From: the human T2T-CHM13v2.0 reference genome, Homo sapiens
Reading direction: 5' to 3' (one strand)
Length of the DNA stretch: 64,000 bases
Assembly: GCF_009914755.1 (NCBI RefSeq)
Contig: NC_060925.1
Shown here piece after piece: positions 45,346 to 60,430 of the stretch. The notes beneath the pieces were generated by a model. That model was not told where the DNA came from, ran no database searches, and saw only the letters and a program-made list of their open reading frames with translations. Within the stretch, counting starts at the first letter, position 1. Each line of letters starts with the position of its first letter. The translations under genes and the position numbers were made by a program.

Positions 45346-45556
45346 ATATATATAACAAAATAAAATTTAAATAAATTTACTATCAGAATTAAATAGTATC
45401 CCTCAAACACCTAGCATCCCTATACATACCTACTGAGGTGAATACATGGAAAGTTAACTTAGAGCCATGGTTCTTGTGTCTGGCATGTTTGTCAAGCAGT
45501 TATCAACCTGCAGTGGCAGCTCCCTTACAGCCAATCATCCATGCAGAGAAACTCTT

Positions 45557-45666
45557 TTTTTTTTTTTGGATTTAAAAACACTTTTTATAGTGTGTTGTTT
45601 TTATTGAGTGGTCACACCCGAAGGGGTGGCGGTGGATCCTGTGGGGGAATGGGGCTGCCCAAGCCT
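45557..45666 (-). pseudogene. 110 bp retroposed poly(A)+ RNA 3' end (highly truncated processed pseudogene or orphan transduction)
   Basis: Perfect 17 bp TSD catgcagagaaactctt (45540-45556 / 45667-45683). T13 run, minus-strand AATAAA at 45600-45605, and a GC-rich body that resembles no repeat I recognise. Confidence 0.8.
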
Positions 45667-46098
45667 CATGCAGAGAAACTCTTGCCTGTGTATTCAGGCA
45701 ACAGCTGCCTCTGCAAGTCTGTGTAACAGAAGGAAAGAAAGTGGACAAGCTAGACAAACATAGGCATCTGTGGAGACAGATATTTTCACATTCATCTTTA
45801 AGCCTGCTATGTGGACACCTACCATGACAGAAGTCTGAATTTTGGATAGTGTTGAAAACAACAACTAGTTCTAGTCCTCACCCTCATTCAGAGAGTCTGA
45901 AAAAAGCTTTAGAAAAACAGAATGAACTCTTCCAAGTTGCTGAGATTCATAGTATCTCCTTCCAGAAAAAAACTATCAGTTAGTTAGTCTGAAAAACACT
46001 TCCTACCTACAGGTGCTAGAATACTTCACCCTGAAAGGTAAGTGTTAGATGGGTCTTAGATAATTCAACTTAGCAATTCAACCAGGAGATCCAACCAC

Positions 46099-46360
46099 CA
46101 GGTTCCCCTGAGGCCCATCCTGGTGGCAACTGTGCTACGATGGGGGCAGAGTGGGTGGGAGCCCATTTCTCCACAGGAAATCCAGAAACAGTCCCACCAA
46201 CTTCCCCAGGATTAACCTTAAATGCCTTCACCCTCCCTTAAATCCTCCCATCTCCTTCCTTTTGTCACTTCAAGCATATCACTGTAACCCATGTTCAATA
46301 CTCAGGAGGAAAAGAATCAATCAGAAACTCACACCTTGGCTCGCTTATTCAGAGACTAGG
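46099..46360 (+). repeat. Inverted duplication, arm A
   Basis: Reverse complement of 47241-47511, with ~12 substitutions and one 9 bp indel by hand alignment. Confidence 0.97.
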
Positions 46361-46507
46361 AGATCCAGAGAGGCAAAGTGACTTGCCCAAAGCTACAGAG
46401 CCGTTTTGCAACAGAACCAGATCTAGAATCCTGGATGGGGCTCCATACTGCCTAGCTCAGAGCTTAGCCTGTAACCTTCAGATAGCCAGATAGAAATAGA
46501 TGTCAAA

Positions 46508-46921
<414 letters not shown>

Positions 46922-47240
46922 CTATAAAATCCAACAAATCAGAGGCTTACTTCTGCCTGAGCTGCCCATTTTTTGGGGTTTAAACAATCCATGCATTCAG
47001 CAATGAGTTATTGAGCATGTATTTTGTCCTGAGGAACTTCCAAATGGAGGTGTCTAGTAGAGAGGTGGGTGCTGAGGTCTAAGAAGAGAGAGATCTGAGA
47101 TGGTGATCATTGTCATAATAAAGGATGAGATTGCCCGGGGAGAATGAATACACTGAGAACAGAAGATGCCCAAATCCCAAGGAGCACCAGCCTTAGGATG
47201 GGAAGAGTAAGGGAAAATACAGGGAACTCCTAGAATGGAC

Positions 47241-47511
47241 CCTAGTCTCTGAATAAGCAAGCCAAGGTGTGAGTTTCTGATTGTTTCTTTTCCTCTTGAG
47301 TATTGAACATGGGTTACAATGATATGTAGCTAATGCTTGAAGTGATAAAAGGAATGAAGTGGGAGGATTTAAGGGAGGGTGAAGGCATTTAAGGTCAATC
47401 CTGGAGAAGTTGGTGGGACTGTTTCTGGATTTCCTGTGGAGAAATGGGCTCCCACCCACTCTGCCCCCATCCTAGCACAGTTGCCACCAGGATGGGCCTC
47501 AGGAGAACCTG
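47241..47511 (-). repeat. Inverted duplication, arm B
   Basis: See arm A. Carries an extra 9 bp (tagctacat, read on the minus strand). Confidence 0.97.
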
Positions 47512-47984
47512 TTGAAGACAGGTGTTTCCAGAAAGGGTCAGTAGGAGGCCACCCACTCTTCTGCTAAGTGAACTTAGTCCAGATCAGAACATGTACTGCT
47601 CAGAGCTATGTGGTATAAAGGTTGGGCAAATATGCACTTTCACAGTGCTGAGGGCAAAGACCAAGAAGACTGGGACATGACCAGAAAGAAAGGTTATCAC
47701 ATGCTAAAAGCAAAGAGAAAAGGCAACAACAGTCACCTTTCATCTCATTAAGTGTATTTTCTAAAAAAATGTCACTTTGGAAGAAATTCCAAGTAGGAAA
47801 GTAGTTGGTCGGCCCAGGGAAGGTGTTGGTTGATTGTTAGCTTTTGATTGGTCCAAGATCCAGGAGGTTTTATGAGCAAAGAGCTCACAATCTCAACCCC
47901 CATGTCCTGATTACACTAGGCTCTCCCTGGAGGTTCTCTCTGGCTGGGATTTTAGACTTGAGAGGTGTAGAGAGAGCTAGGAAC

Positions 47985-48200
47985 CATGGCAGTAGGGTAG
48001 AAAAAGCCCAGGCTTTGGAGCAAGCAGCCTAAGTTGGAACCATGACTTCAATCCTTATCATCAGGGTGACCTTGTTAAGATTACGTAAACTCCATGAGTC
48101 TCAGTGTTGTCATCTATAAATTGGAGATGATACTTACCTCAAAGGATTGAATGAAAGCGTATTTACAAAAAACTACCAATAGCTACTCAGCAAGTGCTCC
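47985..48200 (+). mobile_element. MIR SINE
   Basis: gtgaccttgttaagattacgtaaactccatgagtctcagtgttgtcatctataaattggagatgatact. Confidence 0.75.
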
Positions 48201-48591
48201 GTCACCTCCTGCTTCCTCCTGCCCACCTTACTTTTGAGAGCCACCCTTGAGTAGGCAAGATAACCCATTATCATGGCTTCCTCCAACTCCTTCCAAATTA
48301 GAAACATTGTCCAGACTGACAATGATCTCAGCATTTTCTCTGTGATCCATCAGTAGGTAGGATTCTACCATTATGTCACCAAGCTATTGTACCCTGGGTA
48401 TTGCATGCTCCAATCATTGGGTATAAGCTGGCCTGCCTTTGTAACTCTCAGCTGTTTACGTAGTTCTCTGGGAAAATACTACCTTTCTAGGAGCCATCAG
48501 AGGTAGTGCAAGCTTGATGTGGTTCCTGATCTTCTGTCCACCCTAAATCCCTAGTATAAAGGTCCTCAGTTTAAAGACATACACCCATACC

Positions 48592-48592
<1 letters not shown>

Positions 48593-48648
<56 letters not shown>
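48593..48648. repeat. (AC)28 microsatellite
   Basis: Read directly. A (TC)n run lies nearby at ~48751-48772. Confidence 0.98.
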
Positions 48649-48653
<5 letters not shown>

Positions 48654-50990
48654 GATATGGCTAGGCAGCTGCTGCTGGTCAACATTAGTGAGATTTCCCT
48701 CTTGTGCTGTTGTAAACCACCAGCCATAGCTATTGTCCTGTCTTTTCTGGTCTCTCTCTCTCTCTCTCTCTCTGGCATATGAGTAATTCCTCATTTGCTC
48801 TTTTTTCCCTGAAGTTCATGCCCTCAGGCACCGCAGGCAACCTGGATAAATTTAGCTCTTCTCAGGGCCTTTTCCTGACTTTGTTCCATGACTGTTGAAG
48901 GTTTGGCTGCTCCCCAGAGAGAGCTTTGGCCTGGCTTCCCTCCCTTGGAGGTCTCATTTGGTTCTGGTGTCTGCTATGCCACTTGCATAATTGGTCATGA
49001 ATCACTTCAGGTTACGGTATGTACTTTGAGAATCAATCAGTTTGTGCTCTTGGAAGCTGAAATCCTTCATTCCAGCTTCGCATCCCTTGGATCTCCTTCC
49101 CTGTGTTTTCCCTTGCCCTAAACAGCCTGTGGCTACTGCTCATAGCTGTCATGCTTACTCCCCATTAGGGCTAAGCGGGAAATGATTGGTTGGTGACTAA
49201 TAAAGCCTCTTCCACTCTCTTCTCCAGGAGCAGGGCCTCAGATCCCATGAGCAGGATCCAGTACAGTGAGGATGTTCATTTAAAGTTTACTAGTTTGAAT
49301 GCTTGTAACTGAATATAAGAGAGGCTGGAGTCAAACTCCCTCTTTAAGCAATTAAATGAAAGAGAACTGCATGAAAAGGCCCTTATGTGTTTAGACGTGA
49401 TCATCTTCAAGGATCCAAAGTAAGAATCATGGATCATGCTCAAGCTTTTATCATTTTAGTTACTATTTTCTCTCTTCAATATAGGCCATTGATAAATTAT
49501 CCAATCAGCAAGCATTTATTGATCACCAGCTTTGTGCTAGTAGCTATGGGCATTTCAGAAGTGAACAGCATCATTCCCAGTCACTTATGGGGGGAAAAAA
49601 GGTATTTTTTTAAACAGTGAATTACAAAGGAGAGATAAGTGATACAGGAAATGAGAGCTATTTTAGGGGATGTGGGTGACACCTTTAAAGGACCTGACAT
49701 GGACTCTGCTTTCCTGGGGCTTGCAAACTACATGGGGAGATTGAACTGACCCACATGAAATGAGACAAGAACCAGGGCCAAACAGGAACATTCTGAGGAG
49801 GCTTTACGGAGGCAGTAGGTTTATACGAGACCTTGAAAGGTGGGAAGGATTTGAATGGATACAGGGGAAAGGAAAGAACTTACCAGGATGAAAGAACAGC
49901 ATGAACAAAGGCCAGAAGAGAAGACTGGCACAAGTTTCACATATGTGTATGTTTTGGGGAGTGCCTGTAAAAAGCTGGTCTTACTCCAGCAGGAAATACA
50001 TATGGAGGGGGGCAGAAAAACAGGCTGAGGATGGTCAGCATCCAGGGCCTTGAGGGCTAGGCATGACCCAGTCAACTTACTAGCAACAGACCCCCAACTG
50101 CAGGAGCAGGCTCCTGTTGGGAAGGGGAGACACTGACCTTGTTCCTTGTAGGAACCACTATGAATGGCCTCTTCCCAGTCCCCATATTCACCTCCACCCC
50201 AGTTAGCTGCCCTTGCTATGGAAAACCACATTAAAAAGAGTCGTGAAACCAAAGTGATCTACTCCAGGCCAGTGAGGCAGTCTCTGCACATGCCCCACTG
50301 GGAGGGTCTCTCTCAGTGCCTGGGGCTGCAGACACTTGTGTGTGGAGTCCACTACTTGTTGGTAGTCGGGGCCACCACAGGCTATGGCTTCAAGAGGCAG
50401 TGAGATAAACAGCTGTGCCCTGGATAGAAAAGTACCCAGACACTACTGCTTGATTATTTTCCTGGCATGCAACTGGGACCAGTGGCCCAGGTGTCACTGC
50501 TGCCACCCTGGCTGATCCACAGAAAGAAGGGTCAGATCTATTTTAAGGATCTGTTTGCCCAGTCACATGGAGAAACTGCTACTTTAAAAACAGCTATTTA
50601 CCAGGAAAGTAAAGGCCCCTGCAAAATAAAAGGTTAGTATACTATCCCTAGTAACTCTTTAAACCAAAGCAAACATCCAGGCAGGCCATGTTTGCACTGC
50701 ACCGTTCTTGCTTTCTGCCCTTGGTCACTTGATTCCCAAGGTTCTTGGTTGATTTCTTCCTCGGAGTTAAGCTGAGAAAGAGCAACTGGTAATATCAAAG
50801 CACAGGGGTCTCTAGAGAGCAAGGGAGTTATAAACACACAGCAGTTGTATTGTTACTTGAAGAGTTTGTTACTATTGCTCTATTGTTACTTTGGTTGGTT
50901 TGTTTTAGGAGAGTGAAGGAGTCTGATCAGGCAAAATCTGAAAGAATCTGGAAGATCTAAGACCCTTCAGCAGAAATGCGCCTTCTACCT

Positions 50991-51358
50991 TGTATTAGTC
51001 CGTTTTCACGCTGCTGATAAAGACATACCTGAGACTGGGAAGAAAAAGAGGTTTAATGGACTTACACAGTTCCACATGACTGGGGAGCCCTCATAATCAT
51101 GGCAGAGGGCAAGGAGGAGCAAGTCATGTCTTTCACAGATGATGGCAGGCAAAGAGAGAGAGCTTGTGCAAGGAAACGCCCATTTTTAAAACCATCAGAT
51201 CTTGTGAGACTTACTCACTATCACGAGAAGAACACCATGGGAAAGACCCGCCCCCATGATTTAATTACCTCCCACTGGGTGCCTCCCATGACACGTGGGA
51301 ATTATGGGAGTTACAATTCAAGATGAGATTTGGGTGTGGACACAGCCAAACCACATCA
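50991..51358 (-). mobile_element. THE1 (THE1B-like) MaLR solo LTR
   Basis: tgtattagtccgttttcacgctgctgataaagacatacc...gccaaaccacatca. TSD tacct/cacct. Confidence 0.93.
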
Positions 51359-52716
51359 CACCTATATTTCAGGATTCTGATATTAGTGTATGGGAAGTAA
51401 CATCAAATATGGTCTACAGTGATATTGTTCAAACTAGAGGTCCAAACCATCAAGGCAACTCCAAGAGCATTAAAATCAACATTTGGAGAGGCATCAAGTG
51501 TGGAGACAGTGCAGTGGCTGGCACTTTCTACAAACCGTCAGAGCAGTATGCTCACAGCTTCTCCATGGACATCCCTAAACCTTCTTTACCTCCCAGCTTC
51601 TAAAATCTGCTACCTCATTAAATCATGTCAACTTAGGAAATCTTCATGGGACCTATCCTGTGGAATTTATAGTTTTGCTTAGGGCACAGTATGACACATA
51701 TTTCTAATAGAGAAAATAGTACAATATATGAATACTACAGAATAAGTGGCATTAAAAAAAATGCAGGGTGTAGGTGACAGGTGGACCTGTGTGCCCTAGA
51801 GCACACAATGAAAAACACATTGCCTATCATGGAAATTGAAGTCCTTAGCCTGACCTCCAAAGCTTTCCATAATCTGACACCAATCTCCTTCTCAGCCCTA
51901 TCTCCCAGGACTCCTCCTATACAGTCAAACCAGACTTCCCCTAAGCTCACCTCGCTCCATGGCTGGGTTTTTGCCACTTAACACAATCATTCCTTTCCTC
52001 TCTTCTTCCTTCAGTCACTTCACACACGTCCAGTGATTCTGCTCTCCAAATGCTAACTAGGTTCCAGGTCTGGCTCACATTTCTCCTGTTCCTTGAAACC
52101 TTTCCAGCCCATCCCAGCCCTCAGTGACCTCACCGTACTCTGAACTCACAGCACTCTTTGTCCACCATGCACACCACTCTTTGTACATCACGCACAGCAC
52201 TCACTGCCTGGATGCTCCTTTGTTCATGAATGGGGCGCAGCCTTGTGAGGGCTCTGATGGGTTGCTATCTTGGACATTGACTTCTCCTTTGATCTCTCCT
52301 TATATCATCTCACAACCATATTATCCTTTATTTGATGGCTTGCATTTTTGAATACCCTTCAAGCTTCTAGCACAGGGCCCAATGCAGAGAAGTTGGTCAA
52401 TAACTGTTTGTGAAATGAATGACAATATAGAAAATCATCTGATGCTCAATTATGTTTCCGCCTGAAGAGGTAAAAAGAAAGGGCTACATTTATTGAGGGT
52501 CTGTCATTTTCACTTGTTCAGCACTTTAACACCCATTTAATGCAGATATATTATCTTCAACTTATATAATATGAAAATGAGGTTCAATAAGTTGTTCAAC
52601 ATCAGTCAGCAATAATAAGACAGCTGAGAGACAAACTCTGGTGTGCCTGACTTGGAATGCCAGGCTACGTGCACTACCTCCCACCTAAGCATCCGTCTGT
52701 GGGCAGGTTGCTGTAG

Positions 52717-53094
<378 letters not shown>

Positions 53095-53818
53095 CATGAC
53101 TTTTACTTAATCACCCCATGCACTCTCCCTCCCTTCAAGCCCCTCCAAAGAGCTACTTTTCCTGGAACCACTGCATGCTTTCATGTTTCTGTGCAAATCC
53201 CTTATAATTCCTTCAGCTGGAAAATCACCTTCCATCTTTTCTACCTGTGCTATCTTATGTATCCTTGAAGGCTCAGCTGAAATGAATATTCCCTCCATCA
53301 GGTTTTCTGTTAACAAAATTAAGTGCCCTCACATCTGAGTCCTCATGGTCCCAGTGCCTCTTCCACAGTTTAGAACTCATTTGATTTTGTTTCAAGCTGC
53401 AATCAGTTGCTTACCTCTCTGCTTCCTCTCTTAGGCTGTAAGCAACCCAAGGGAAGGGAACACACTCTCTTCATCTCTGTAAGCTGGGCCTTGCACGACA
53501 GCAGCAGAGTGTCCCAAAAGTCTTTGGTGGTTCAGGTGGCTGCAGGTGGCTGCTGGTTGCCAGCGCAGAGCATTGATTCAGTCATATCACACAACTTCAG
53601 TGATTCTGCTCAGGCAGTAAGCCACTGGGATACCAACGAAAGCCAAAAAAAGGAAGCTCCAAGTAGACTTCCCATGTCAGCTCCCAATGTGCAACCCAGG
53701 GGTTTCATCTTGAAACCATGTAGTCTCCAGTTTTAAGTGATTCAAGAATGTTTTGACCTCCCTTCTTAATCTAATCTATGGTTTCCAAGATAGTCAATGC
53801 CTCAGAGAGAGGCTGTCA

Positions 53819-54300
<482 letters not shown>

Positions 54301-54557
54301 GGAATGAATGTTAAACGTGCCAGACCCTATTTAAATGAAGAAAAAGGATATTTGTTTGGTTTGCCTTATAGAGTCTGGCCCCTCCAAAGATTCTAAGACA
54401 AATTACATCTAACAGTGGAGACTGGACTTTCTCCTGAAGAACAAGCAACCATAAAGGGATGGCAGCTCGGCAGCAGCCCAGTAACACAACCAGTGACAAT
54501 CTGTACACCAAGTTTCTGTGGCATACTGCTCCTTGAAGGCAGGGCTTGAAAGCTTTC

Positions 54558-54690
54558 ATTCTTCTTCTTCTTCCTTCTTCCTCTTCCTCCTTCTTCCTTC
54601 CTTCTTTCTCTTCCTCCTCCTTCTTCCTTCCTTCCTCTGTCTCTCTTGCTTGCTTTTGCTTCTTCTTTCTCCTCCTCCTTCTTCTCTCTC
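54558..54690. repeat. CT-rich low-complexity tract
   Basis: Mixture of (CTT) and (CCT) units. Confidence 0.9.
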
Positions 54691-54810
54691 TCAGCAGATC
54701 AGAAAGTTTTAATTCTACATTCCCAGTTCTTAGCACACAGCCTAAGACATAGTAGACACTTAGTATATATTTGCCAATGGATACTCATACTTGCTTTCTC
54801 TCCTTTTTTA

Positions 54811-54975
54811 ATTTTTTTTTTGTTTGTTTTTGTTGTTTTTGTTTTTGTTTTTGTTTTTCTGAGACAGGGTCTCACTGTTTATTGCCCAGGCTGGTCTTGA
54901 ACTCCTGGGCTCAAGCAATTCTCCTGCCTTGGCCTCCCAAAGTGCTGGGATGACAGGCGTTAGCCACCACACTGA
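54811..54975 (-). mobile_element. FLAM_C/AluJ left monomer
   Basis: gagacagggtctcact...ctcctgggctcaagcaattctcctgccttggcctcccaaagtgctggg, with a (TTTTTG)n tail. Confidence 0.9.
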
Positions 54976-55218
54976 CCTTCTTATCTTTTTTTATCTTCCA
55001 TCTTTCTCTTTTTCCTCCTTTAACATCTCCTTCCTGCCCATTCAGGACCTGTTGAGCCTGCATTACTAAAAATAACTGAGGCCCTAATTACTAAAAGTGA
55101 GGGATTACCTTCCCCTTCTCTACCTTTGCCCTACCCTCCCCCATCCTCTCAGGCAATACATAGATGCTCTTTGTGAAATATTAAATATTAAATCCTATTT
55201 TTTAAAAAATTGATGGTT

Positions 55219-55506
55219 CCCAAACTGTGCACAGTGGCTCATGCCTGTGGGAAGCTGGGGTAGGAGGATGGCTTAATGCCAGGAGTTCAAGACCAGCCTG
55301 GGCAAAAAAATAAGATTCCCATCTCCAAAAAATAAAAATTAGCTGGGTGTGGTAGTGCATACCTGTAGTCCTAGGAACTTGGATGGCTGAAGCAGGAGGA
55401 TCTCTCGAGCCCAGGAGTTTAAGGCTGCAGTGAGCTGCACTCCAGCCTGAGAGATAGTGCAAGACCCCATCTCAAAAAACAAACAAACAAAAAACAAAAA
55501 AAAAAA
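55219..55506 (+). mobile_element. AluJ, degenerate
   Basis: Dimer with internal deletions and an (AAAC)n tail. Confidence 0.88.
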
Positions 55507-55701
55507 CCCACCAAAACCCTGATGATTCCCTCATTTTCTGGATGGCTCAGAATGATCGTATCCCTCTTGAGTAATCCAGCCCTTCTCCTATTTCTTCATC
55601 TTCACCCTCATTTTTCTACTCACTTCTTTCCCACTTCCAGTGGTCTCAGTCCCTGGGTCGTCTGGCTGCTAACCCTCAAAGCTGAGAAACATGACCCTTA
55701 G

Positions 55702-56053
<352 letters not shown>

Positions 56054-56432
56054 CTCGTGTGGGATTTCTTTGAGATGGGTTCACAGCTGCTGTTGGCTGC
56101 CCTCCCCACCTACACTCCACTCTCCTGTCCTGTGCTAGTCCCAAAGAATCCAAAAGACTACCTCTGTCCTGCCTCTGGAGACTGGACACATAGGCTGTGC
56201 TGGTGGCCTTCAGGGTATGCTGGCCACCATCACTGAGGAAAACAGTGCATTCTGTTCTGGAGTATGTGCCAGATTAAGGGCAACCCAGGGAATGTGGAAT
56301 ATAAACAATGATGTGGGAGCATAATGTTGGCACTCTCAGGAAAACAGATAAAACTCCCTTGTCCAATCCAGTTTTATTTTTTGCAGAGACCATTTTACTT
56401 TCTTGAGCATCAAAACATACACACGCATAGGG

Positions 56433-56774
<342 letters not shown>

Positions 56775-57024
56775 TAGTTTTGAGCCCTGGTCCCACCTGT
56801 CAGGTAGCTGGTCCACACTCCATCCCAGAGGAAGCTCTTAGTTCAAGGGGTGGGAATTTCAAGAGGGGCAACGAGTAGCTGGAAGCCATGTTCCCAGGCC
56901 CATGTTTTACCCCAGCCTCCTGCCCCACATCCTCCCCATAGATCTCACGTAAAGGGCCTGTGCCTTGCAGTGAGGGCTGTTTCATCTACCTGCCTTCCTA
57001 ATAAACTTTCAGACAGAAGTATGT

Positions 57025-57070
57025 ATGTGTGAGTGTGTGTGTATGTATGAGTGTGTGTGTGTGTGTGTGG
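57025..57070. repeat. Interrupted (TG)n
   Basis: Read directly from the sequence. Confidence 0.9.
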
Positions 57071-57577
57071 TGTTAAATGGGGATGTTAATATAGTCAATA
57101 CTAATTCCTAGATAAGAACATTGTCTTAGTCAAGACTAATTCAATACTAATACCTAGATAAAAACATTGTCTTCATCTTGGAAGGTGAATACCTGTTCAT
57201 TAAATGATCATTGCTTTGGAAGAACTTTTAATGGGAAATACTCAGAAAACAATGCCAACGTGGATGGGGAGACAAGCACGACGTCCAATAGACACCATGC
57301 ATTATAAGCAGAGATAGAGATAAAGATAGGCATTGAACAAAGAGAGAAGGAAATACACCAAAATGCCCGGAGAGGTTTTCTCCAGGTTTGGAGTTACAGG
57401 TGATCTTTGCTTTCTTCTTTCCTGTATATTTCTGTGCTGCCCAAGTCTTTTACTGTGAGCAAATGTGACTCTAGTAATGGTGGGGATTAATAATTTTTTA
57501 ATTTGTTTTTCAAATGTAGAACACTTTGCCCTGTCTCCCAGTGTCATCAAGAAGCCCAGAAGAAAGCTGAGTGACCT

Positions 57578-57979
<402 letters not shown>

Positions 57980-58212
57980 TCACCCTTATATGAGGGCAGA
58001 AGGTGAGCTAAAGCCCTATGGAAAAGGTGGCTCAGGCATATACAGGCCTGTAGGACCAAGCTCAGAGACAGACCTGTGGCCAGTGGCTCCACAGCTATGC
58101 CCCAACCTAAATGCGCCCCCAGAGCTTGCTCCAAAAAGATTCGAGGAGTAGGAGGGGAACAAGGCAAAGGAGATAAAAAGGGGATTACTGGGAAAGTATT
58201 AGAACTACCCTG

Positions 58213-58500
58213 GGCCGGGCACGGTGGCTCACGCCTATAATCCCAACACTTTGGAAGGCCAAGGTGGGCAGATCACTTAAGGCCAGAAGCTTGAGACCAG
58301 CCTGGCCAACATGGCAAAAACCCGTCTCTACCAAAAAAAATACAAAAATTAGCCTGGCCTGGTGCCGGGCACCTGTAGTCCCAGCTACTCAGGAGGCTGC
58401 AGCGGGAGAATCACTTGAACTCAGGAGGTGAAGGTTGCAGTTAGCCAAGATCGTGCCACTGCACTCCAGCCAGGACAACAGAGGAAGACTCTATCTCAAA
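58213..58500 (+). mobile_element. AluS/J
   Basis: Full dimer. Confidence 0.93.
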
Positions 58501-58720
58501 AAAGAAAAAGAAAGAGAGAAAGAGAGAAAGAAAGGAAGGAAGGAAGGAAGGAGAGAGAGAAAGAAAGAAGGAAGGAAGGAAGGAGAGAGAGAGAGAAAGG
58601 AAGGAAGAAAGGAAGGTAGGAAGGAAGGGAGAGAGAAAGAGAGAAAGAGAAAGGAGAGGAGAGGGGAGAGGAAGGGAGGGGAGGGGAGGGGAGGGGAGGG
58701 GAGGGGAGAGGAGAGGAGAG
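58500..58720. repeat. Polypurine tract (GAAA/GGAA/GGGGA) grown from an Alu tail
   Basis: ~220 bp of nearly pure A/G, ending in (GGGGA)n. Confidence 0.95.
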
Positions 58721-59396
58721 TGCCCTGCTCAGGAGCTAGCAGATTTCCAGGGACCCCTGAGGGTCAGAAGAGAAGGACTGGGAGAAAGCCAAGGAGTTGA
58801 GGCAAGGTTCACATCAGCTCAGGGACACCCACGTCCTCCTCTGGCTCTAACCATCCTTCTCATTGACAGATCTTTTTAACTGCCTTTTGTTTCCTCTTAT
58901 CTCCCTCACCCAGCCACCAGCTTCTACCCCCACCCCCAACTGAATTGCATCACCATCCACTGAGCTCCCAGGGCCTGCAGCTGCTGCTGCCTGGGGTGAC
59001 AGACACACCCCGGTTTTTGAAGGGAATGAGCTTATGAGGTCAGGGAGGAAGGGGGAATTGGGGGCTGGGGAGAAGCAAAGCTTGGAGTAAACTTCCCAGA
59101 ACTGCAGAGGGTGGCTGAGACCACCCACTCTTCTTACATTGTCACTGTGGTCAGAGCCTTGAGCCACTGTCAAGTGTTGGATTCAGAGTGGGTGGGTGTC
59201 CAAGGAGAAGAAACTGGAAACAGCAGGGAGGAAAGGGCAGGCACAAAAGTGTTGTGGGTAATTCCTACTGGGAGAATTGATAACTTTTGAATTCATCTGG
59301 CAGGGCCCTCTGGAAGCAGCAATAAGTTGACATCTGTTCTTTAGCTACTAACGCCAAATAGATTATTTGACAGTAGTTTAATATGCACAACTAGGA

Positions 59397-59400
<4 letters not shown>

Positions 59401-59438
<38 letters not shown>
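59401..59438. repeat. (TG)19 microsatellite
   Basis: Read directly from the sequence. Confidence 0.98.
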
Positions 59439-59440
<2 letters not shown>

Positions 59441-60091
59441 GGTGGAGGGTGGGTGGGTGGAAGGGGAGCAAGACGGAAGATCTTTTGAGAGGGTAAGAGG
59501 ACTATCTGCATTCCTCCAAATTTCTGGAGAAAGAACTCGATAACAAATTCAGAAAAGTGTATTAAGTCCTGGGGGATTCTGAGCCAATCTTCCCACAGCT
59601 GGATATGTCAACATCTGTCCTTCGGTCCTCCTTGTCCTCAATTTTTTTTTTGGAAAATTGACCCCATTTTGATAAGAATGTCTGTGTTTTTGAAAAACAT
59701 AACCCATCACATATGATCTCCATGGCAATGATATTTTGCTATAGGAGGCAGTAGTAGGATGTGGTGGTAAGAACATGCACCTCAGAACCAGACACCTGGG
59801 TAAAAGTCTGACACTGACAGTTACAAGCTGGGTGAGCAGTCTGATCACTTGCCAAGTTGGGTGACACTAGTTCCTCCCTCACACAGTTGTTGTAAGAAAT
59901 GAATGACAGGTTCAGAGAACACGCAGTAGAATAAAAAAGAAAGAAAGAAAGAAAGAAATGAGTGGGCATATGCACCGTGCTGAAACACAGAGACTGGCAC
60001 GTAGTCAGTACTGCATAAGGTCAGCACCCTCCGTATGACCCCACCCCAAATCCAGCCACTCCGGGTATGTCGTGATGAACTAAGCATTAGA

Positions 60092-60430
60092 GCACGGGGC
60101 CTAACGATGGCATGGCTGCAGGCCAAATCCTGCCTGCTGCCCACTTAGCCCAAGAGTTAACATTTTTCTAAATTTTTTAATCACTGGGGTACGAAAAGTC
60201 AAAAACAAGAATAACATTTCATGCCACATGAAAAACATATGAAATTCAGACTTCAGTGTTCATAAATGAGTTTTCTGAAGCACAACCACACTCATTTGTT
60301 TATGTATCTTCTCTAAGACTGCTTTTCCGCTGCAATGACAGAGCTGAGCAGGTACAACACAGATGTATGACCCACAAAGCCTAGAATATCTACTATCCGG
60401 CCTTTTACAAAAAAAGTTTCATCAGCCTTG
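60092..60430. mobile_element. MER58B-like (hAT-Charlie)
   Basis: gcaggccaaatcctgcctgctgcc...catatgaaattcagacttcagtgttcataaat...cccacaaagcctagaatatctactatccggccttttacaaaaaaagttt. Confidence 0.8.

Noticed and set aside
46115-46132. CTCF-like motif (gccaccagg) in both inverted arms
   Set aside because: The 3' half deviates from the CTCF core at several key positions.
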